The translations under genes and the position numbers were made by a program. This document shows positions 22,026-31,186 of a stretch of 64,000 bases of DNA, in pieces. The stretch's first letter is position 1. Each line of letters opens with the position of its first letter. The notes under the pieces are model-generated. The model made no database searches and had not been told where the DNA came from. It saw nothing but the letters and a program-made list of their open reading frames with translations. This stretch comes from Clostridia bacterium (GTDB lineage Bacteria; Bacillota; Clostridia; Oscillospirales; CAG-272). The stretch is from NCBI GenBank assembly GCA_017624905.1, contig JAGAMD010000024.1, forward strand, positions 13,083 to 77,082, read 5' to 3'.

Positions 22026-23699
22026 ATGAAAATCAAGATTTTCGCATTTTTACTTGTTGTATTAATGCTTGTTCCTATGATTGTTGCTTGTGGTGGTAAT
22101 AAGAAGACTGATACTACATCAAATACAAATTCTAATACTACACCAACAAACACAAATACAGAAAGCAACACAAATAGCAACACAGAAAGTACAACAAATA
22201 CAGACTCTACTACAAACACAGATAGTGGTAAGCCTGTAGAAAAGGTTGATGTTACATCAGCAGCTTCTAAAGAGTACGCTAAATCAAAGTGGAGTGGCAA
22301 GACACTTGATGTTTTAGCAGCTCGTTGGTATGGTACAACCTCTATGGAAGAAGCTGGAACATGGTCACAACCTGAGTTCTATGTAAAAGGTTATTTCAAT
22401 GATACACAGTATGGCCAATTAGTTAATGATGCTGTGTGGACAAGACAAGAAAAGATCAAGGAAGACTATGGAGTAGATCTTAAGTGGTTCGCCGGAGCAA
22501 ATGATGGCGTTCTTCAAAACGAGCTACAAAGCGGTCTTGAGGCTGGATATGCTAAGTATCATATCGCTCTTCCACGTATGTTTGAAGCACAAGCACTACT
22601 TGGTGCAGAAACCGTATATGATCTTGCAAACAGCAAATATATCGATTTAACAAAATCACACTACAATCAACTATCTGTTGATTCATTCTCAGTTTATGGT
22701 CACACATTCTTCGTAGCTGGTGACTTTAGCTTTGTTGATGAAGAAACAGCAACAGTAGTATTCTACAACCAAGCTATCTCAGAGAGCATCGCTACATTCC
22801 CTAACCTTTACAATAAGGTAAGAAATGGTGAATGGACAATTGCTGAGCTTTCTAAGTGGGCTAAGCTTCCTGGCTTATCCGGTGATATAGCAGAGCCTAA
22901 GGGCTATGGCGATGAAGACGCATATGGCTTTGGTTCTAACTCACTTGCTGGATTCTTCCAATCAAGTGGCATCCAACAGGTTGATGTTCAAACATCAAGT
23001 AATGGTGAGCGTTCATACGTTGTTTCACTAAATGCAAACAATGCAGCAGTTAACTCACTTGTTACACAATTAACATCTATTAAATCTTCAACATGGGCTA
23101 GAACATCATGGTCCGGTGGATACGGTGGTCTTGAAGGTGCGTTCAACGATGGTAGAATTCTTTTCTACAATGAGGTTGTACAAAAGATTCGTCAATTCCC
23201 GGAACAAAGTGAAGACTTCAAGATTGGCGTTCTTCCAATGCCTATGCTTGATACAGACCAAACTATGTATTACACACCACTTTGCTCACAAACAACAGTT
23301 ATGTGTATTCCAAAGTCAACAACAGACCGTGAAATGTCAGAGTTCTTCTTCGAGGTACTTACATATACCGGTTCTTCAGTAATGGAAGCATACTATGAGA
23401 CACTCGGTCAAAAGCTATATGATGACAAGTCACCTGATGCAGATGGTAACACATCTCTCGATAACACTCTTGAAATGTTAACTGACTACATATTCCCGGG
23501 TATGTGCTATGACCAAGGCTTTATGTATGATGCAATGGGTCAAAAGTTTATGACAACTGTTCAAACTGAGACCGTTAACTCAACAGCTAGCTCATCACCA
23601 TTTATGACTCTTTATATGGAAGCATATGGCGATGCTGACAAGAAGCTAAACGATCCAAAAACAGGTTGGAACACAGTAGCTAAGAACTATAAAGACTAA
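22026..23699 (+). CDS. Extracellular solute-binding lipoprotein (sugar-binding family 1-like), no adjacent permease
   Basis: Lipobox IVAC, Thr/Asn linker, VFYN, LYNKVRNGEWT, IGVLPMP. Confidence 0.75.
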   Translation: MKIKIFAFLLVVLMLVPMIVACGGNKKTDTTSNTNSNTTPTNTNTESNTNSNTESTTNTDSTTNTDSGKPVEKVDVTSAASKEYAKSKWSGKTLDVLAARWYGTTSMEEAGTWSQPEFYVKGYFNDTQYGQLVNDAVWTRQEKIKEDYGVDLKWFAGANDGVLQNELQSGLEAGYAKYHIALPRMFEAQALLGAETVYDLANSKYIDLTKSHYNQLSVDSFSVYGHTFFVAGDFSFVDEETATVVFYNQAISESIATFPNLYNKVRNGEWTIAELSKWAKLPGLSGDIAEPKGYGDEDAYGFGSNSLAGFFQSSGIQQVDVQTSSNGERSYVVSLNANNAAVNSLVTQLTSIKSSTWARTSWSGGYGGLEGAFNDGRILFYNEVVQKIRQFPEQSEDFKIGVLPMPMLDTDQTMYYTPLCSQTTVMCIPKSTTDREMSEFFFEVLTYTGSSVMEAYYETLGQKLYDDKSPDADGNTSLDNTLEMLTDYIFPGMCYDQGFMYDAMGQKFMTTVQTETVNSTASSSPFMTLYMEAYGDADKKLNDPKTGWNTVAKNYKD

Positions 23700-23702
23700 T
23701 AT

Positions 23703-23733
23703 AAAAAAGCATTGCTTCGGCAATGCTTTTTTT
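23703..23733 (+). terminator. Intrinsic terminator
   Basis: A6-GCATTGC-TTCG-GCAATGC-T7. Confidence 0.88.
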
Positions 23734-23806
23734 GTTTGAAATGTTGAAAACGTAATTTTATTATGTTATACTATTTTTAGCAAAAATTTGTCTTTTGGGG
23801 GATAAA

Positions 23807-25990
23807 ATGTCTATATTAATTAATGAAGAAAAAATTTTCACCTTAAACACCAAAAATACTACATATCAAATGTATGTAAACGAGGATGGTCTTCTTTTTC
23901 ATTCTTATTATGGTGCAAAAATGGAGTATGATGATCTTTCATATGCCTCACACTATGCTGGTTGGGGAGCCTCATTTTCTCCAAATCCAAAGGGAGCAAA
24001 TTATTTTCATAGTCATACTTGCGAGGAGCTTTCTTGCTTTGGCGTAGGGGATTTTAGATTGAGTGCACTTGCTCTTGTAAACCACGATGGTACAGTTGCG
24101 GCTGAGCCTATATATTATAGCCATAAGGTGTTAAAGGGCAAATATCAAATTAAAGGATTACCGGCATTTTATGGTGACGAGGGGGAAACTCTTGTAATTA
24201 CTCTAAAGGACAAGGCATATGATATTTATTTCCATATGTATTATGGCGTTTTCGAGGAGTATGATCTTATTACCAGGGCAATGGTAATAGAGAATAAGAC
24301 AGATAAGGAAATCAAGCTAAATAAAGCTCTTTCTATGACACTTGATTTTACAAGTGGTACATATGATATGGTTCATTTTTACGGTGCACATATGCGTGAA
24401 AGACTGCTTGAAAGAACAAGAATAACACATTTAACCTCAACTGTATCAAGCATACGTGGAGCATCAAGCCATATGCAAAATCCATTTGTTATAATTTGCG
24501 ATAAGGATGCAAACGAGGAATATGGTAGTGCATATGGTATAGGTCTTGTTTATAGTGGTAATTTTGTTATCTCAGCAGAAAAGGATCAGCACGAAACTAC
24601 AAGAGTAGTGGCAGGAATTAATCCGGAAGGCTTTAATTATTCAGTTTTCCCGAATGAAACCTTTGAAACTCCTGAGGTTGCTATGGTTTATAGTAACGAG
24701 GGATTTGCTAAAATATCAAACAACTATCACAAGGCAGTAAGAAACAATCTTTGCCGTGGCAAGTATAAATACACTAGACGTCCGGTTCTTATCAACAACT
24801 GGGAGGGCACATACTTCGACTTTAACGCGGATAAGCTTGTTGCTATGGCAACTGATGCGTCAAAGCTTGGAGTTGAGCTGTTTGTAATGGATGATGGTTG
24901 GTTTGGACATAGAGACGACGACCACACATCACTTGGTGATTGGTTTGTAAATGAGAAAAAGCTACAAGGTGGCCTTGATAATCTTGTCAAGAGAATAAAT
25001 TCACTTGGTATGCAGTTTGGCATATGGTTTGAGCCTGAGTGCATTTCTGAGGATAGTGAGCTTTTCCGTGCCCATCCTGACTATCGTTTTGCAATTCCTA
25101 ATCGTGAGCCTCAGCTTTCACGTCACCAATTCGTTCTTGATATGTCAAGAAAAGAGGTTCGTGATAATATATATGACCAAATGGCAAAAATACTAAATAG
25201 CACAAATATCGCTTATTTAAAGTGGGACTTTAACAGACACCTAAGCGACCTTTATAGCGTGGCTCTACCAAAGGAGCGTCAAGGCGAGATATATCACAGA
25301 TATATGCTTGGTGTATATGAGCTTCTTGAAAGAGTAACCACCAATTTCCCCAATATTCTTTTTGAAAGCTGTTCGGGTGGAGGAGGCCGTTTCGATTTCG
25401 GTATGCTTTATTATATGCCACAGGTTTGGACAAGCGACAACTCGGATGCAATAGATAGACTAAAAATTCAATATGGTACATCCTTTGCATATCCTGTAAG
25501 AACAATGGGAGCTCACGTTTCTGTTTGTCCTAACCACGGTAATGCAAGAGTAACACCGCTAAAAACGAGAGGAAATGTGGCTTATTTTGGCACATACGGG
25601 CTTGAGCTGGATGTTACAAAGATGACAGATGAGGAAAAGGAAGAAATCAAGCGTCAAATCATTGAATTTAAAAAGCATTATGACCTTATTCAATTCGGTG
25701 ATTATTATAGACTTCTTTCACCATATACGCCTGAAGAAAGCCGTTATTGTGCTTGGGAGGTAGTGAAGGAGGACAAGAGCGAGGCTCTTGTTTGCACAGT
25801 CGCATATGAATCAAAATGTACAGTTGCTCCCGAGCTTTTAAAGGTTAAGGGACTTGATAAAGATAAAATGTATAGAATAAATGGTTCAGAAAAAACCTAT
25901 CTTGGCTCATCACTGATGAATGTAGGATTTTGGCTTGAATATGACCATTTCTCTTATGCATCAAGACTCTATCACATCACATTAGCTTAA
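23807..25990 (+). CDS. Alpha-galactosidase, GH36
   Basis: NNWEGTYFDF, FVMDDGWFG, FGIWFEPE, YLKWDFNR, CSGGGGRFD, WTSDNSD; start ATG 23807. Confidence 0.94.
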   Translation: MSILINEEKIFTLNTKNTTYQMYVNEDGLLFHSYYGAKMEYDDLSYASHYAGWGASFSPNPKGANYFHSHTCEELSCFGVGDFRLSALALVNHDGTVAAEPIYYSHKVLKGKYQIKGLPAFYGDEGETLVITLKDKAYDIYFHMYYGVFEEYDLITRAMVIENKTDKEIKLNKALSMTLDFTSGTYDMVHFYGAHMRERLLERTRITHLTSTVSSIRGASSHMQNPFVIICDKDANEEYGSAYGIGLVYSGNFVISAEKDQHETTRVVAGINPEGFNYSVFPNETFETPEVAMVYSNEGFAKISNNYHKAVRNNLCRGKYKYTRRPVLINNWEGTYFDFNADKLVAMATDASKLGVELFVMDDGWFGHRDDDHTSLGDWFVNEKKLQGGLDNLVKRINSLGMQFGIWFEPECISEDSELFRAHPDYRFAIPNREPQLSRHQFVLDMSRKEVRDNIYDQMAKILNSTNIAYLKWDFNRHLSDLYSVALPKERQGEIYHRYMLGVYELLERVTTNFPNILFESCSGGGGRFDFGMLYYMPQVWTSDNSDAIDRLKIQYGTSFAYPVRTMGAHVSVCPNHGNARVTPLKTRGNVAYFGTYGLELDVTKMTDEEKEEIKRQIIEFKKHYDLIQFGDYYRLLSPYTPEESRYCAWEVVKEDKSEALVCTVAYESKCTVAPELLKVKGLDKDKMYRINGSEKTYLGSSLMNVGFWLEYDHFSYASRLYHITLA

Positions 25991-25991
25991 T

Positions 25992-26020
25992 AAAATGCCA
26001 ACCAGATGGTTGGCATTTTT
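25992..26020 (+). terminator. Intrinsic terminator
   Basis: AAAATGCCAACCA-GA-TGGTTGGCATTTTT. Confidence 0.85.
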
Positions 26021-26120
26021 CTTACCACTGTGTGTAAGAAGTTTGACAAGACTTTTTGGAACTTAAATTATAGGCATAATTAATTTATACTATACTTATA
26101 ATAACTATGGTGGTGATGTT

Positions 26121-26348
26121 ATGCATGAGTATGGAACAATTAATATTAAACTAAAAGAGCTATTAGAGAAAAAGGGACTAAGTAAAAACAAATTCAGCCA
26201 CAGGGCAGAAATGCAAAGAACACAAATAAATAATTTCTGCAATAACAAAATCACACGACTTGATACGGACGTATTAGCAAGAATTTGTACTGTTTTAGAG
26301 TGTGAAATCTCTGATTTACTAGAGTTTGTGCCTCCACAAGACAAATAA
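26121..26348 (+). CDS. Small XRE/Cro-type helix-turn-helix regulator
   Basis: LKELLEKKGLS...LARIC.VLECEISDLLEF pattern; own RBS (GGTGGTG) and terminator. Confidence 0.85.
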   Translation: MHEYGTINIKLKELLEKKGLSKNKFSHRAEMQRTQINNFCNNKITRLDTDVLARICTVLECEISDLLEFVPPQDK

Positions 26349-26349
26349 T

Positions 26350-26378
26350 AAAAAGAGTGTTGAAAAACACTCTTTTTT
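26350..26378. terminator. Bidirectional terminator
   Basis: A5-GAGTGTT-GAA-AACACTC-T6 type hairpin between convergent genes. Confidence 0.8.
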
Positions 26379-26418
26379 AGATAGAATTATTATTTACAAA
26401 ACTAATGCGACCAAACTA

Positions 26419-27354
26419 TTATTTATATAATTCCTCAAGACGCTTGTTAAATTCCTCAGCTGTGTTATAGCCCATTCTCTTAAGACGTGAGTTCATAGCT
26501 GCAATTTCGAGTACAACAGAGAGGTTACGACCGGGGCTAACAGGAATTGTAATAGCCGGGATTTCAATACCGAGAATAGACACTGTTTCGTTATCAAGTC
26601 CCATTCTATCATAAGCCTTACCGTCAACCCAACGCTCAAGCTTAATAACAAGCTGGATTTTCTCCGTTTCCTTAACGGCTCCCATACCAAAGATACGACG
26701 CACGTCAATCAGACCAATACCACGTAGCTCAGAGTAGTGTCTTATAATAGCAGGAGCACGACCAACTAAGGTCTTTTCTGAAACCTTGCTTATTTCAACA
26801 GCATCGTCGGCAATTAGACGGTGACCTCTTTTTATAAGCTCTATAGCAGTTTCGCTCTTACCAATACCACTATCACCAAGAATAAGCACACCCTCACCAT
26901 AAACCTCGACCAAAACACCGTGACGAGTAATAGTGGGAGCAAGCTCAACATTTAGAGTGGAGATAATATTTGAAACAAAGCTATTAGTAGAAATTTTTGT
27001 TCTCAAAAGCGGAATTTTAAATTCCTCGGACATTTGACGCATCTCAATAAACGGCTCAATATCTCTTGCAAGAACGATACAAACAGGCTTTCTCTCCATA
27101 AAAGCACGGATTCGTTCATATCTAACGCTTGGCTCAAGCTTTTCAAGATATATTGACTCAACAAGACCTATAATTTGCATTCTTAGCGGATCAAAATACT
27201 CGAAAAATCCTGTTAATGGAAGACCCGGACGATGTATTTCGGCACGAGTAAGCTCGATAGTATCGATATTCTCAGGTGCGTATAATGTTTCAAGATTGAA
27301 ATCTTTTATTATTTTTGTTAACAAAACAGTTCTCTTAGTTGTAGCAGTATCCAT
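26419..27354 (-). CDS. hprK: HPr(Ser) kinase/phosphorylase
   Basis: HGVLVEVYGEGVLILGDSGIGKSE, LIADDAV, ELRGIGLI, PGRNL; start ATG 27354 after GGGAGG. Confidence 0.96.
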   Translation of the reverse strand: MDTATTKRTVLLTKIIKDFNLETLYAPENIDTIELTRAEIHRPGLPLTGFFEYFDPLRMQIIGLVESIYLEKLEPSVRYERIRAFMERKPVCIVLARDIEPFIEMRQMSEEFKIPLLRTKISTNSFVSNIISTLNVELAPTITRHGVLVEVYGEGVLILGDSGIGKSETAIELIKRGHRLIADDAVEISKVSEKTLVGRAPAIIRHYSELRGIGLIDVRRIFGMGAVKETEKIQLVIKLERWVDGKAYDRMGLDNETVSILGIEIPAITIPVSPGRNLSVVLEIAAMNSRLKRMGYNTAEEFNKRLEELYK

Positions 27355-27431
27355 AAATACCCTCCCACACTTTTTATAAAACAATTCTATCATATATAAA
27401 TAAAAAAAGCAATAAAGGAAGAGAAAATATT

Positions 27432-28271
27432 ATGAAATTAATTACGTCAAATAACAAAAGAAAGGAAAAATACTTATACGGAAATAAGCTTGACAGCTTG
27501 TCGAACAAGCTTGTTTCAAGCGAAATTGATAAGACGATTGAGCCAAGATATGCAAAGGTAACAATAGGCAAGATAGAGCTTTCAAAGTCGCCCGACAAAA
27601 CGCACGATATGTTGGTTCTCACAAGATTTATCGGCAGTAAAACAGTCATTGAAATAAAAGACCTTGAGACGATTAGAAGCGACAGTGAATTTGAATGTGA
27701 TGCTAGAATTATTTCTACCTTTGAAATGCTGAATAGTAAAAGAGATGTAAGAAGAATATTCCTTGATACCTTCCTTAGTGAAATAAAAGAAAAATTCAAA
27801 TTAGACATTAGAACCGCATACAAGAAAATTGAGACAAGTGCAACTAAAAAAGATGAGCACAGTGTCTATATTTATCATATGTATGGACTTCTTGCCGCCT
27901 CAATATCGATTATAAACGAGCTGGATTTTAAGCCACCTGTATATATTGAGCTGAAGAAAATACCAAAGGGAATAAAGCTTTCCTTGAAGATAAAATCGCC
28001 TAAGCTGGATGAAATAAAAAACAGACAGAAACTAATAGATATTCCAGGCATAGAAATGCGTCTTGAATACCTTGGATTATTATGTCAAGAAGATGGAATA
28101 AACGGTACATTTGAAATTACTAATAACACCTTGAATATAGAATATGATATTGTAGAAGCTCCATATAAAGAAGGAGTATTACTTGCAGATACACAAGAGG
28201 AGGATCGTTTCTTCTACGAGCTTATGGAAATATTTAGCTATAAAGGAGCAGACAGAGAAGAGGAAGAATAA
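27432..28271 (+). CDS. Hypothetical protein, possibly a degenerate GHKL/histidine-kinase-like fold
   Basis: 279-aa ORF with RBS AAAGGA/GAGA; only weak resemblance to an HATPase C-terminus. Confidence 0.6.
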   Translation: MKLITSNNKRKEKYLYGNKLDSLSNKLVSSEIDKTIEPRYAKVTIGKIELSKSPDKTHDMLVLTRFIGSKTVIEIKDLETIRSDSEFECDARIISTFEMLNSKRDVRRIFLDTFLSEIKEKFKLDIRTAYKKIETSATKKDEHSVYIYHMYGLLAASISIINELDFKPPVYIELKKIPKGIKLSLKIKSPKLDEIKNRQKLIDIPGIEMRLEYLGLLCQEDGINGTFEITNNTLNIEYDIVEAPYKEGVLLADTQEEDRFFYELMEIFSYKGADREEEE

Positions 28272-28752
28272 TTGTATTATCATCATTATTGTTTTCGCTA
28301 AGGAGCAAAACAATAATAGCAAGAATAAGCAAATCCTCGCCTTTTAGACTACCTGTAAGCTTGCCGATTAATGAACCAAGCTCACACAATAAACCATTAC
28401 CACTAGTAGCTTTTCTGCTGGTGGTATTTTCATTGTATGTATTGTCAGGCTTGTTAATCGAAAAATCTTCTTTTACATTATTATATTCATCTGATTCTGC
28501 TTCATTGTCTTCTATGTCGGTTATACTATCCTCTGTTACATCAAGGTCTTGCTCGTCTTCATCGACAAAGGGCATTGAAAGCTCGTTGTTTTTTTGTCTT
28601 ATCACTTCCTCAAAGGTTGGAGAAAGCGAGGTTTTTGTTCCTGTGTATGTTGGAGTCGGCTTATGCAGCTTTGTTTCAGTTTCGAGTGGTGCTTTAAATC
28701 TGTTCCCACTATAGTTTTCGGGGATGTTTATTCCCTTATATCTAGTAAACAT
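28234..28752 (-). CDS. Hypothetical acidic protein with hydrophobic C-terminal tail (clostridial, possibly sporulation-related)
   Basis: GINIPENYSG start, EDLLILAIIVLLL tail; RBS GAGG. Confidence 0.7.
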   Translation of the reverse strand: MFTRYKGINIPENYSGNRFKAPLETETKLHKPTPTYTGTKTSLSPTFEEVIRQKNNELSMPFVDEDEQDLDVTEDSITDIEDNEAESDEYNNVKEDFSINKPDNTYNENTTSRKATSGNGLLCELGSLIGKLTGSLKGEDLLILAIIVLLLSENNNDDNTIILPLLCLLLYS

Positions 28753-28761
28753 ATATCTACC

Positions 28762-29166
28762 TCACTTTGCTAAATTAACTATACCTGCAAGCTGAGACAT
28801 TTTAACTATTGAGTCAATCATATCGCATCGCCCCTTACTTAAATAAGGCTTCAAGGCAATGAGCAAGGGCGCATTTTTTGATATGGCTTTGCAAAGCGAT
28901 AAAAGAAACCCTTCAACACCGCCACTCTCGTCTTTTTTATCTAAAATTCTTAGAGACGTGTCTGAAATTATATCTTTTTCATCCTTTTTTTCTTCCTTTG
29001 AAGCACCTTGGTTCAATATATTACTTTGGGATAAAATATCGATAACACTGGATAAAGCCTTGCCCATGTCGCCGTCTCCATCCTTAACGCTGGAGGAAAT
29101 TTTGTTTAATAGGTCCGGATTTGCACCGATTTTTGAAATAATATCTTCAAAGCTATTTTCACTCAT
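28762..29166 (-). CDS. Hypothetical protein (clostridial LLxALKPYLS family)
   Basis: LLIALKPYLS..R...ID motif; in operon with neighbours. Confidence 0.7.
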   Translation of the reverse strand: MSENSFEDIISKIGANPDLLNKISSSVKDGDGDMGKALSSVIDILSQSNILNQGASKEEKKDEKDIISDTSLRILDKKDESGGVEGFLLSLCKAISKNAPLLIALKPYLSKGRCDMIDSIVKMSQLAGIVNLAK

Positions 29167-29167
29167 T

Positions 29168-29380
29168 TTATTTACCTCGCTTGAATGAATTTAAAGCCTT
29201 TTGTATGTCATCTTCGCTTAGCATACTAAGTGTTTGACGTATTTTTGTCATATCCTCTGGCTTCTTTAGGTTGGAAAACTCCTCCTTGCCACTTTTTCTT
29301 GCAACGTATTGTATCGTTTTCCAAAGCTGTTCATCGTTCATCATAAGAACCTTATCAATAGTATTTTTATCAATTTTCAT
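29168..29380 (-). CDS. Small hypothetical protein
   Basis: 70-aa ORF with strong RBS AGGAGG; first gene of a three-gene operon. Confidence 0.7.
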   Translation of the reverse strand: MKIDKNTIDKVLMMNDEQLWKTIQYVARKSGKEEFSNLKKPEDMTKIRQTLSMLSEDDIQKALNSFKRGK

Positions 29381-29459
29381 AAATACCTCCTAATAAATTC
29401 TTTACATAGCGGTATTACTATGATATGATAAAGTAAGTAAAACGACACAAGGAGTAAAT

Positions 29460-29939
29460 ATGAAGATTCTTGTCTTTTCTGATTCACACGGAAAATCAAA
29501 ATATATAGATGAAGCACTAAAAATTCACGGAGGAGTGTGCGATTTGGTCGTCTTTTTAGGTGATGGACTGAGCGATATTGAATATATAAAGGATAAATAT
29601 CCCAATCTCACATTCTTTGCTGTGAAAGGCAATTGCGACTTTTTTACAGGCAACTATCCAAGCTATAGTGTACTTGATTTAGATGGTATTAAGGTGCTAA
29701 TCACTCACGGGCATTTGTTTGGCGCAAAAAGTGGCTATGAGCGACTTGTTTATCTAGCTCTTGAAAAGGAAGCGGATGCTGTTTTCTTTGGTCATACTCA
29801 TATGCCAATTGATGAAATTGTTGAATGTAATGATAAGCAAGTACATCTTTTTAATCCGGGTAGTATAGGCTATGGTGGCACATATGGTGTAGTAAACACT
29901 AGCGGAAGAGTTCTTGTTTGTTCATATGGAAAAATTTAG
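29460..29939 (+). CDS. YfcE/MJ0936-family metallophosphoesterase
   Basis: SDSHG, FLGDG, VKGNCD, THGH, FGHTH, NPGS. Confidence 0.92.
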   Translation: MKILVFSDSHGKSKYIDEALKIHGGVCDLVVFLGDGLSDIEYIKDKYPNLTFFAVKGNCDFFTGNYPSYSVLDLDGIKVLITHGHLFGAKSGYERLVYLALEKEADAVFFGHTHMPIDEIVECNDKQVHLFNPGSIGYGGTYGVVNTSGRVLVCSYGKI

Positions 29940-30037
29940 TTAAAATTGAGCTAAAAACACAAATAAATGCTTGAAAGTTTAAATATTATATGTTATACTT
30001 GGGATAGTAATTATTATTTGTTCGGAGGAATAAATTT

Positions 30038-31126
30038 ATGGAAAAGAAAATCAAGGTTGGTATCATCGGTTGTGGTGGTATCGCAAACGGCAAGCATATG
30101 CCTTCTCTTAAGAAAACAGGTGAGGTAGAAATGGTTGCATTCTGCGACATTATTGTCGAAAGAGCAGAAGAGGCTGCAAAGAAGTATGGCACACCGGACG
30201 CAAAGGTGTATGCTGACTACAAGGAGCTTCTAAAGGATAAGGAAATTGAGGTTGTACACGTTTGTACTCCTAACAGAAGCCATAGCTTTATTACAGTTGA
30301 TGCTCTTGAGGCTGGAAAACACGTTATGTGTGAAAAGCCAATGGCTATAAACGCTGAGGAAGCAAAGAAGATGGTTGATGCAGCAAATCGCACAGGCAAA
30401 ATGCTCACAATCGGCTATCAAAACAGACAAAGAAAGGACGCTAAATACCTAAAGGCTGAGGCAGAGGATGGCGTATTTGGCGACATTTACTACGCAAAGG
30501 CAACAGCACTTAGACGTCGTGCAGTTCCTACATGGGGCGTATTTATTAACGAGTATGAGCAGGGTGGCGGTCCACTTATCGATATCGGTACTCACGCACT
30601 CGACCTAACACTTTGGACAATGGATAACTACAAGCCAAAATATTGTGTAGGTACTACATATCACAAGCTCAATGACCAAAAGGAATCAGCAAACGTGTTT
30701 GGTCAATGGAAGCCTGAGGAATTTACTGTTGAAGACAGTGCGTTCGGCTTTATCGTAATGGAAAATGGTGCAACAATTGTTCTTGAGTCCTCTTGGGCTA
30801 TCAATATGACAGGGACAAAAGAGGGTTGTACAACAATTTGTGGAACAAAAGCTGGCGCTACAATGATTGATCAAGGCGTTCTTGAAATAAACGGTGTTAA
30901 GCACAACAATATGTATGAGACAAGACCTAACCTTGATGGTAAGGGCGTTGCTTTCTACGACGCAGGCTCATATGATGCAGGCGCAGAGGAAGCAAAGCAA
31001 TGGATCAATGCTGTAAAGACTGGTACTAAGCCAACAGTTCTTCCAGAGCAAGCATATTGTGTAACACAAATTCTTGAAGGTATTTACGAGTCAGCAAAGA
31101 CCGGTAAGCCATACTACTTTAACTAA
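30038..31126 (+). CDS. Gfo/Idh/MocA-family oxidoreductase
   Basis: GIIGCGGIA, CTPNRSH, CEKPMA, GGGPLIDIGTH. Confidence 0.93.
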   Translation: MEKKIKVGIIGCGGIANGKHMPSLKKTGEVEMVAFCDIIVERAEEAAKKYGTPDAKVYADYKELLKDKEIEVVHVCTPNRSHSFITVDALEAGKHVMCEKPMAINAEEAKKMVDAANRTGKMLTIGYQNRQRKDAKYLKAEAEDGVFGDIYYAKATALRRRAVPTWGVFINEYEQGGGPLIDIGTHALDLTLWTMDNYKPKYCVGTTYHKLNDQKESANVFGQWKPEEFTVEDSAFGFIVMENGATIVLESSWAINMTGTKEGCTTICGTKAGATMIDQGVLEINGVKHNNMYETRPNLDGKGVAFYDAGSYDAGAEEAKQWINAVKTGTKPTVLPEQAYCVTQILEGIYESAKTGKPYYFN

Positions 31127-31186
31127 TAAAAACGGGGCAATTTACTCGCTAAATTGCCCATAATCTTAAATAAATAGGAGATAAAT

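Noticed and set aside
21875-22300. Val/Leu-rich antisense ORFs (also 36619-36933 and 48237-48644)
   Set aside because: Reverse complements of the Thr/Asn linker codons
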